A stretch of DNA of 64,000 nt from Candidatus Latescibacterota bacterium (lineage in GTDB: Bacteria; Latescibacterota; UBA2968), in assembly GCA_965207885.1 (NCBI GenBank), contig OZ242311.1, positions 5,088,001 to 5,152,000 of the forward strand, written 5' to 3'. Both the position numbers and the translations under genes were made by a program. Of this stretch, positions 46,529 through 54,630 are shown one piece after another; positions within the stretch are counted from its first letter, which is position 1, and each line of letters opens with the position of its first letter. The notes beneath the pieces are model-generated. The model had not been told where the DNA came from. It was given only the letters and a program-made list of their open reading frames with translations, and ran no database searches.

Positions 46529-46972
46529 GTGACTTATCTGACCGATACGAATATTTTGTTGCGGTTTTTATATCGCTCTGATCCAAATTATCCAATCGTT
46601 CGAACTGCTGTACGTAAATTGCGGGCAAATGGTCATCAACTATATGCCACATCGCAAAATTTTGCAGAATTTTGGAACGCATCAACTCGTCCCCTTAACC
46701 GAAATGGTTTTGGACTTACACCATTGGAAACTGACAGACTCTTGCAGCGTGCAGAGCGGCTTTTTCCTTTGCTTCCAGATTTGCCAGCCGTGTATTCCGA
46801 GTGGAGACGGCTTGTTATGACTTATGGCGTATCAGGTGTTCAAGTTCACGATGCTCGATTAGTTGCTGTGATGATTTCTCATGGTGCAACACATATCCTG
46901 ACCTTTAACACAGCAGACTTTGCCCGATATGCCCCCGAAGGAATTGTGGCTGTTGACCCAACGACGGTTTAG
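46529..46972 (+). CDS. vapC: VapC-type PIN-domain toxin
   Basis: YLTDTNILL, QNFAEFWN, VHDARLVA, ILTFNTADF. Confidence 0.9.
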   Translation: MTYLTDTNILLRFLYRSDPNYPIVRTAVRKLRANGHQLYATSQNFAEFWNASTRPLNRNGFGLTPLETDRLLQRAERLFPLLPDLPAVYSEWRRLVMTYGVSGVQVHDARLVAVMISHGATHILTFNTADFARYAPEGIVAVDPTTV

Positions 46973-46977
46973 GTGTG

Positions 46978-47125
46978 TGCTATAATGCTTTGCGTCCTTT
47001 TGTGCTCGGCGTATCTACGCCAATGCTTCAGTCTGCCTGTCGACAGGCAGCCTTCGACTGTTTGACTAAAGGCCGTACAAAAAGCTACCCGCTCCGCGGG
47101 TGGTCGTTTATTTATAGTTTTTTCT
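46978..47125 (+). other. structured intergenic region (extended -10, palindrome, hairpins)
   Basis: TGCTATAAT at 46978-46986; perfect palindrome CTGCCTGTCGACAGGCAG 47033-47050; GCTACCCGC/GCGGGTGGT hairpin with T-rich tail. Confidence 0.45.
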
Positions 47126-47147
47126 CTGTCAAATAGAGAGACGTACA

Positions 47148-48005
47148 GTGACCGATAAGTTTTTAACAGACCAGCACTTGCTAGATTATTTGTTCGACTT
47201 ACAGGGTTATCTGCACCTGGAGAACGCGGTATCCCAGGAGGATGTGTGCGAAATGAACCAATGGGTAGATGACCATTGGGAATACGTACATGGCAAAAAG
47301 CGTCGGGGTACGAGTGATGATTCGGGTGCGTGGATCGGCCATGTGGAAACGCATACCTACCGCGAAAAAGACGGATTGAACTTTCAGAACATCATCGAAG
47401 CCGGCGCGGTATTCGAGCGATTAATCGATCATCCATCCTGGATTGACCTGGCCAAACGCTACATCAACGACGAAGTAAACGGCATCTCGATCCACGAAAA
47501 CTTCTTAACCGTACGCGGACCCGGCGGATTTATCTATATCCACAGTGGCGGTCACGCGCCCCGGTGCTATTTCACCTTTCGGCAACACAACACAGGCGCG
47601 TGGATGGTGGGCCAGATCAACGTACTGGTAGCCTTAACGGATATAGAACCGGGAGATGGGCCAACAGTCCTCGTACCCGGCAGCCATAAAAGCACAGAAA
47701 TACATCCCAAATTGCTTGTAGATGACAAGGGCGTGGTGAGTTCTGGCACAGAACCCGCTGGAACTGCTGTAGGTATGAAAGAAATGTACATGAAAGCGGG
47801 CGACGCGCTATTCTTCACAGATTCGGTCGCACATGGATCAGCCGAACGCACGAACAAAGGGTATCGCCGCACCGTGGTCTATCGATATTCCCCGCGATTC
47901 ATCCGCACGCGATTTCACTACGTCCCATCGGACGGATTACTGGCGCGATTGACCCCCGAACAGAGAAAAATTATCCAACCAATACCGCCGCGGCGACCGC
48001 CGTAG
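47148..48005 (+). CDS. PhyH-family Fe(II)/2OG enzyme, HxG variant
   Basis: FDLQGYL, IHSGG, ALTDI.PGDGPT.LVPGSHKS, KAGDALFF...HG, RRT. Confidence 0.85.
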   Translation: MTDKFLTDQHLLDYLFDLQGYLHLENAVSQEDVCEMNQWVDDHWEYVHGKKRRGTSDDSGAWIGHVETHTYREKDGLNFQNIIEAGAVFERLIDHPSWIDLAKRYINDEVNGISIHENFLTVRGPGGFIYIHSGGHAPRCYFTFRQHNTGAWMVGQINVLVALTDIEPGDGPTVLVPGSHKSTEIHPKLLVDDKGVVSSGTEPAGTAVGMKEMYMKAGDALFFTDSVAHGSAERTNKGYRRTVVYRYSPRFIRTRFHYVPSDGLLARLTPEQRKIIQPIPPRRPP

Positions 48006-48044
48006 GTCCATTTACACAAACCCCTCAATCCAGAAAGGACCGCC

Positions 48045-49244
48045 ATGGCCGCAAAAGAAAAATTGAGAATCGCCCTCGTGGGATGCGGTGGCCGTGGGCT
48101 GGGTGTGCGACTCCCCGCAATCTTGTTGATGTCGGATGTATTCGAACTGGCGGCGATATGCGATGTAGATGGGGAAAAAGCGCGAAAAATAGGCATCGAA
48201 CACGGAGTACCCACTTATTCGCGGATACAGGACCTGGTCGCACATGAAAAATTGGACATCGCGGCAATAAGCTCACCGGCCGACTCACACCACGCCATCG
48301 GTGCATATCTGGCCGAACACGGCGTAAACCTGATCGTAGAAACCCCCATTTCACCCACCCTGCAAACCGCAGACGTATTGATCAACGCGGTGGCACGCAA
48401 CGGCGTAAAACTCGAAATAGCAGAGCAATATTGCCGGGACCCCCTTCACCTGATCAAACGACAAGCCATCGACGCCGAAGCCATTGGAGACGTACTGCGG
48501 GTCTTTGCCCTATTTCAAACCGGCGGCTATCACATCGTCAGCAGTGTGCGGATGATGGTAGGCGATGCGGCGCCCATTCGAGTAACGGGATTGGTGATGG
48601 ATGCGCCAATCCCACGCGTGAATGTGAGTGAAATTCGGCAATTTACCACCGAACACTGGACAATGGACCTAGTCGAGTTTGAGAACGGCGCACTGGCGAT
48701 AATGTCCTACTCCTCGATGTATCACGGTCGGGCGCTCGGGCGAAAAAGCCAGACATTATTCCAGGTGGATGGCACAACCGGAACAATTGTAGAAAATGAA
48801 ATACATATAACCACACAAGCACAGCGATTGAGCGGAGGACGAGCCACCGCCTACCCCATCCACACGGAAACCCGAGAAAAAGACGGGGTACAGGTACTGG
48901 AACGAATGGTAATCGAAACCGATCCCCCGCTGGAGTGGAAAAATCCATGGCCCCAATACAAAACATCGCCGGGAAGACTGGCGATCGTAGAAGAAATGGA
49001 CAGCATTGCCCAAGCAGTTCGGGAAAACCTGCCCACGCGCTATGACGCGCAAAGAGCGCGACGGGACATCGAAGTCCAGGTCGCAGTAGAAGAATCCGGA
49101 CGCATAGGGCGAAAACCGGTCGATCTGCCATTGAAAGAACCGACAATACACGAAATAGAACACCTCGAAAAATTTAAACGGGATTATGGATGTGACCCAT
49201 TTGATGTGGAAGCGTGTGTGGATGTGTTCTTCCCAAAGCGATGA
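48045..49244 (+). CDS. Gfo/Idh/MocA-family oxidoreductase
   Basis: IALVGCGGRG, VETP, AEQY, GYH. Confidence 0.85.
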   Translation: MAAKEKLRIALVGCGGRGLGVRLPAILLMSDVFELAAICDVDGEKARKIGIEHGVPTYSRIQDLVAHEKLDIAAISSPADSHHAIGAYLAEHGVNLIVETPISPTLQTADVLINAVARNGVKLEIAEQYCRDPLHLIKRQAIDAEAIGDVLRVFALFQTGGYHIVSSVRMMVGDAAPIRVTGLVMDAPIPRVNVSEIRQFTTEHWTMDLVEFENGALAIMSYSSMYHGRALGRKSQTLFQVDGTTGTIVENEIHITTQAQRLSGGRATAYPIHTETREKDGVQVLERMVIETDPPLEWKNPWPQYKTSPGRLAIVEEMDSIAQAVRENLPTRYDAQRARRDIEVQVAVEESGRIGRKPVDLPLKEPTIHEIEHLEKFKRDYGCDPFDVEACVDVFFPKR

Positions 49245-49262
49245 CCAATGGAGGCATCAGAC

Positions 49263-50324
49263 ATGGCAAAAGGACAGACGTATTCTTCGGAAGCAAAAAC
49301 ATTAAAAGACAAAAAAACGGGCGCGGCGATCCGACAAATGACGGACCATCCCGCAGTCAGCCACAACCTGTACTTTTCAAATCCATCCTGGATGCCGGAT
49401 GGAAAAATCATTGTATTCACCTCATATCGCTCTGGACACCCCAACCTCTTCAAAATGGATGAGAACAGCGGGGAAATGACGCAATTGACCGACGTGGAGG
49501 GATTCGGTGGATTTGCCGCCTGTCCTGCCAAAGACGGACACCGGGTATTTTACAACGCAGGTGGACAGGTTCGAGCCGTGAATATCGAGACACTGGAAGA
49601 ATCCATCCTGGCCGATTTTGGCGAAAGCCGCGTGGGTGGATGCAGCCTCTCTGCAGATGGAGAACGGCTGGTAACGCCCATGCAACACAACGGACATTCG
49701 GCAGTCGTAGCGGTGAACACAGACGGATCGGGACACCGGATCGTCCGCGAACCCCCTCGCGCCGTAGGCCATGTGCAGGTCTGCCCGACTGATCCGGACC
49801 TCATCCTGTATTCCAGCGATATCAATCAGCGAATGTGGGAAGTGCGAATTGATGGGAGCAACGAACGCCCCCTATTCAAACACGACAAGACCGTGTGGAT
49901 TACCCACGAAACATTCCTGGGGCACACCGACGAAGTCATCTTCGTACACTGGCCATACGCGTTGCGGGGCATTCGGGTGGGCGAAGAAAAAGATCGAAAA
50001 ATCGCCGAATTCAACACCTGGCATCCATCGCCCAGCCCAGATGGATCGCGCATTGTATGCGACACCACATGTCCAGACATCGGGCTGCAACTGATCGATC
50101 CAGAAACAGGTGAACACAAAACCCTGTGTTATCCCCGCAGTTCCAATGGGGGAACGCAGTGGGCCGAAACAGTGCCCGCAGACGACGACAAAGTCCAGGC
50201 CGATACCTATGGCCCTCAGTGGTCTCACCCACATCCATCGTTCAGCCCCGATGGAAAACGGGTCATCTACACATCGGATCAAACCGGTAGCAGCCAGATT
50301 TACGTCGTCGAAGTGCCAGATTAG
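49263..50324 (+). CDS. oligogalacturonate lyase-family beta-propeller
   Basis: D..TGA.IRQMT, NLYF.NPSW, QRMW, THE, SHPHPSFSPDG. Confidence 0.82.
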   Translation: MAKGQTYSSEAKTLKDKKTGAAIRQMTDHPAVSHNLYFSNPSWMPDGKIIVFTSYRSGHPNLFKMDENSGEMTQLTDVEGFGGFAACPAKDGHRVFYNAGGQVRAVNIETLEESILADFGESRVGGCSLSADGERLVTPMQHNGHSAVVAVNTDGSGHRIVREPPRAVGHVQVCPTDPDLILYSSDINQRMWEVRIDGSNERPLFKHDKTVWITHETFLGHTDEVIFVHWPYALRGIRVGEEKDRKIAEFNTWHPSPSPDGSRIVCDTTCPDIGLQLIDPETGEHKTLCYPRSSNGGTQWAETVPADDDKVQADTYGPQWSHPHPSFSPDGKRVIYTSDQTGSSQIYVVEVPD

Positions 50325-50435
50325 ACTGTATTTCTCTTGTTTTTTAGTATAATTTAACACATGTTTTAGATTAATTAATGATTGGCTTCTCGGCCTTGTC
50401 AATAATCCTTATTTCCAACCTGGGGGAGGTTTGAA

Positions 50436-52178
50436 ATGGATCAAGAACTCATGAGCAACGAAGAAAATTACTGTTTTGATATAGCTGGCTACCTTCATGT
50501 ACCGGGCGTATTGAACCGCGGCGAAGTCGTGCAACTGAACCAGACCATTGACAAAGCCGATCAACTATCGGGCATGCTGGGATGGGAAGGCGAATTGAAA
50601 GAACCATTCAGGGAACTGCTCGTCCATCCGCACCTGGTGTGGTATCTCAATCAAATTGTAGGAATCGGCTTCCGCCTGGACCGCGAGCCTGAAATCTTGT
50701 GCGATGCAACCTGCGACACCACAGCACCACTAACAGGCGGCAACGAACCGAGAATGCCGGGCATTGCGTATTACCACCAGAACGACCGGCGTTATTGCGA
50801 AGGCGTGCGCGTAATCTGGGCACTGGAAGACGTGAACGAAGGAGATGGCGGCTTCGTACTCCTGCCCTGCTCGCACAAAAGCAATGTGGCATCGCCAGAA
50901 GACATAACCACGGGCGAAGACGACATGGGCCTGACATACCAGCCCGTTCTGAAGTCGGGTGATCTCCTGATAGTAGCACTATCCTCATTACAGGGAATGC
51001 GCCCGTGGCAGGGAGACGGACAGCAGCGACTCCTCTCTTATGAATACGTGGGCAGAGGCGTGATCCGATCTGCAGGAACAGGCCCACAGGCAGAGGAAGA
51101 ACCACACCCGGAATGGCACGACGCTTTAAGTGAAGAACAGCGTGCATCGCTTTACAAGCCCGGTTACAAATCCACGACACCTGCGCCGACCATTGTCACG
51201 GATGGAAAAACGGTAAAGATGGACGAATCGCGCGAGGTATTTCATCCCTCAATTTACAAACTGGACCCGGACTCGGGGATTGATTACAAAGAATTCTATT
51301 TCTGGGACTTGAACGGATATCTGGTACTCCGCGGCGTAATGGACGAAGAATGGCTGGCAGCGGCCAACGAGACCATCGACAAATTTGAGGACCGCATCGT
51401 AGTAGGCGAAGAACTCGCGCGAGGATCGAAAAGCCTGGCTGGCACAGGGCGACCTCTCCTCTCTGGATTGCTCGAATTGCCAGAACCGTATTGCGACCCA
51501 TTCCGGCAAATGATTGCACACCCAGTGGTCGAGCATCGCTTGAACTGGATGGGCGCCAGCGGGGGGCGGTGCGGAGGCGCCACGGCATTCTGCTCAGTCC
51601 TGGGCGGTAGCGGACACTCGCTCCACAGCAACAACGAACCCCTCTATCCACCGATGGGCTATGTGTTTCAAAACGGGCGCAGTTACGATCAAGCAGTAAC
51701 CGTGGCCTGGCAACTTCGAGACGTGGAACCCGGTCTGGGCGGATTCGCCTGCGTACCGGGCAGCCACAAAGCGTTTTATCCCATGCCGCCGGGCATCCGC
51801 ACCTGCGACGATGATATGGGGCTTGTGGTGCAGCCAGCGATGAAGGCGGGCGACGTGCTCTTTTTTGGGGATGGGGCGACGACCCACGGTGCTCTCGCCT
51901 GGAAAAACCCCATCTCGAGACGGGGCATCCTGATCAAATATACATCCCGGAACTTCCACCGCAGTGGAGGCGACATGGTGCATCCAGAGAGCCGATGGGG
52001 CGACCTGATAGCGGGCATGACCGATGCACAAATCGCCGTAATGAGAGGACCGGACCGAGATGTGGGCACAAATAATGTACCCCGTTTACAGGTGGAAAAC
52101 GGACAGGTAGCGGTATCCTACGAGCGGGGAAGCGCGCTCTACAGCAAAGAGGCGCCCACGGGCCCATTGGCGAAGTAG
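50436..52178 (+). CDS. tandem two-domain PhyH-family protein
   Basis: Two copies of the fold: FDIAGYL...LPCSHKS...KSGD and WDLNGYL...VPGSHKA...KAGD..FF...THG. Confidence 0.85.
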   Translation: MDQELMSNEENYCFDIAGYLHVPGVLNRGEVVQLNQTIDKADQLSGMLGWEGELKEPFRELLVHPHLVWYLNQIVGIGFRLDREPEILCDATCDTTAPLTGGNEPRMPGIAYYHQNDRRYCEGVRVIWALEDVNEGDGGFVLLPCSHKSNVASPEDITTGEDDMGLTYQPVLKSGDLLIVALSSLQGMRPWQGDGQQRLLSYEYVGRGVIRSAGTGPQAEEEPHPEWHDALSEEQRASLYKPGYKSTTPAPTIVTDGKTVKMDESREVFHPSIYKLDPDSGIDYKEFYFWDLNGYLVLRGVMDEEWLAAANETIDKFEDRIVVGEELARGSKSLAGTGRPLLSGLLELPEPYCDPFRQMIAHPVVEHRLNWMGASGGRCGGATAFCSVLGGSGHSLHSNNEPLYPPMGYVFQNGRSYDQAVTVAWQLRDVEPGLGGFACVPGSHKAFYPMPPGIRTCDDDMGLVVQPAMKAGDVLFFGDGATTHGALAWKNPISRRGILIKYTSRNFHRSGGDMVHPESRWGDLIAGMTDAQIAVMRGPDRDVGTNNVPRLQVENGQVAVSYERGSALYSKEAPTGPLAK

Positions 52179-52196
52179 ATACACAGGTGTTTTGCC

Positions 52197-54623
52197 ATGA
52201 ATATCTCGAAATTTGGCTGGCATATCGGGTGCATTGCACTCGTCCTGATTTTTGGAATATTCTGGCCTGTTGTACCAATTTGGGCTGATCCTTCTGCTGC
52301 GGATTCTCTCTATCTCCTGGGTAATCAGGCACTCAAAGCAGGAGAAATAGACCGCGCAAAAATTTTGTTTGAGCAATCTCTACAAGCAAACAAAAAACAC
52401 GCCCCAACCCACTGTGGATTGGGGCATGTATATCTGACCCAGGATCAGATTGGCAAAGCCAGAAAAGCCTTTCGAAATGCGGAAAAATACCAGCGAAAAA
52501 TGCCCGAAGCCTACTTTGGCATGGGCCTGGTCTATGCCCGTGAGAAAGGCCAGTGGGTGCGTGCCATTGATTATTTTTGCCGCGCCCTGGCCGAAAAGCC
52601 CGACTATGTAGAAGCCCAATACCACATCGGCCTGACGCATCTGAATCTCATGAATCGCGATGCCATCAGAGCTTTCGAACAGGTGGTCGAGATGGACCCA
52701 GACCATCCAGATGCGTATTACCGCCTGGGCTTTATGTATGAATACGATCTACTAAAAAAAGAAGGCGCAATAGAATATTACGAAAAACAACTGGCCGTCA
52801 ATCCCGCACACAAAGACGCCATGTGGCGACTGGGACAACTCTACCGCACCCTATCGCGCACGGATCAGGCCGCCCGCACCCTATCGCGGCTCATGCAGAC
52901 TCAGGGCACAAACCAGCGGCAATACATGCTGGAACTCGCCGAAGTCTATCTGGAACGAAAAAATTACGAAAAAGCCGAAACCCTCTTCGAAACCTATCTG
53001 GCTGGCCTGAGCACCAGAGAGCGGATGCCTTATGAAGATATTTCTCTGTTTGTCTCAGAAAGGGAAACAGAGGCATTTAAGCAGGCAAAGGACAGACAAG
53101 TACTTCTGCAGCAATTCTGGAAACGCCGAGACCCCACACCCATTACAGACGTCAACGAGCGGCGGGTCGAACACTTCCGCCGGGTAGCTTATGCGCGGGA
53201 GCATTTCGGATCGGCGGTTTTTCCGTGGGATCGACGGGGCGAAATCTATGTGCGCTACGGCACGCCATCCCACAAAAGCGCGTCCGGGGATCGGCTGCGC
53301 GAATCCCATCCCGAAGACTGGGCTGTCAAGCAGAGGCTATTAGACCGCGTAGATTGGGCAGCCGAAATACTGCTATCGGACTACGCCGCTGATAGCGACA
53401 GTGCCAATGTGACCCACCGCGGAACTGGCGCAGAACGGGCACAACGCCAACTGGAAAGGCAATTCCAGCGGCTGTACAGCCGATCATCCGAGCGAAATCA
53501 GAAAAGCGAACAGATCCGAAAACGAGCCGAATCCGCGATGGCCGTGGGGGGACTGGGTGCATTCCTGGGACGACCCATCTTCCCGATCCAGGATCGCCGG
53601 GCGTGGGAATACTGGATCTATCCGGGGTTGGGAGAAGGCGTGGAAATCGCGTTTCGCCAGATGCCCGGCGCGCCCGATGGCGTTTTTGACTACGCCGTAT
53701 TGCCTGCGGAAATGGCGACCAAAATGCGCCACCTGTGGGGACCTCTCATCCCCGAACAAATTATAAGCCAGGCTCCCAGAGAAATCTATGTACCGGCATT
53801 TCTCGCCGAACCCCTGTATTACGCGGCCTATCCCGCCACATTTCGAGGACTCGGCGACAGCACGCGCGTGGAAATCTACTACGGATTTCCCGCCTCCGCA
53901 TTGACGCGAGAGGAAGGGGATGTTCGGATAAACCGGGGAGCCGTTCTCTACAATGCAAAAGGCGACCCGGTATTCAAGGTGGCAAACCGCGCCGTATTTC
54001 GGGTAGATGGAAAAACCGGGATCATTCCCGATGTAATCGCACTGGATGTAAAACCTGGATCGTACTACCTCGCCGTGCAAGCCATCGAAGAGCGGTCTGG
54101 ACGCACGCAGGTCTATGGCATGCCCTTGCGGGTCCCGTCTTATCGGCACGGCAAACTCAGGCTAAGCGATATCGAAATGGCGGCGTCAATTGAACAGACC
54201 ACCGGAAAAGGACATTTTGTCAAACAAAATTTGGAAGTCATCCCGCTGGCCACGCGGCATTATACACAGCGGCATCTGGTCTATCTCTACTACGAAATTT
54301 ACGGACTGAGCCAGGATGCATTCGGACAGACGGACTACCAGATATCCTACCGCTTAAAGCCGCGTTCCGGTCAGTCGTTTGGCGCAAAAGTACTCAGTGG
54401 CCTGGGAAAACTGGTGGGCATAGACCAGAACGAAGAACAAATTGCGATTTCTTATGACCAGACAGGCGATGCCGACAACGTGGTCAACTATCTGGCACTT
54501 GACCTATCTGGTTCCGAGCCGGGAGAATACGTCATTGAGGTCGCTGCAATGGACCGCAGAGACGGGCAAAAAGTGACCAAAGCAGCGACCTTTAAATTGG
54601 AAACACCCGACGAGATCGAGTGA
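52197..54623 (+). CDS. secreted TPR + GWxTD-like domain protein (B1)
   Basis: Signal/TM segment, several TPRs, FWKRRDPTP..NERRVEHFRRVAYA..F...WDRRGEIYVRYG, WEYW.Y, LSDIEMA/LYYEIYGL. Confidence 0.85.
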   Translation: MNISKFGWHIGCIALVLIFGIFWPVVPIWADPSAADSLYLLGNQALKAGEIDRAKILFEQSLQANKKHAPTHCGLGHVYLTQDQIGKARKAFRNAEKYQRKMPEAYFGMGLVYAREKGQWVRAIDYFCRALAEKPDYVEAQYHIGLTHLNLMNRDAIRAFEQVVEMDPDHPDAYYRLGFMYEYDLLKKEGAIEYYEKQLAVNPAHKDAMWRLGQLYRTLSRTDQAARTLSRLMQTQGTNQRQYMLELAEVYLERKNYEKAETLFETYLAGLSTRERMPYEDISLFVSERETEAFKQAKDRQVLLQQFWKRRDPTPITDVNERRVEHFRRVAYAREHFGSAVFPWDRRGEIYVRYGTPSHKSASGDRLRESHPEDWAVKQRLLDRVDWAAEILLSDYAADSDSANVTHRGTGAERAQRQLERQFQRLYSRSSERNQKSEQIRKRAESAMAVGGLGAFLGRPIFPIQDRRAWEYWIYPGLGEGVEIAFRQMPGAPDGVFDYAVLPAEMATKMRHLWGPLIPEQIISQAPREIYVPAFLAEPLYYAAYPATFRGLGDSTRVEIYYGFPASALTREEGDVRINRGAVLYNAKGDPVFKVANRAVFRVDGKTGIIPDVIALDVKPGSYYLAVQAIEERSGRTQVYGMPLRVPSYRHGKLRLSDIEMAASIEQTTGKGHFVKQNLEVIPLATRHYTQRHLVYLYYEIYGLSQDAFGQTDYQISYRLKPRSGQSFGAKVLSGLGKLVGIDQNEEQIAISYDQTGDADNVVNYLALDLSGSEPGEYVIEVAAMDRRDGQKVTKAATFKLETPDEIE

Positions 54624-54630
54624 GGACACC

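Noticed and set aside
43373-47140. Prophage or integrative element as carrier of the defence genes
   Set aside because: No integrase, phage structural genes or att-like repeats found
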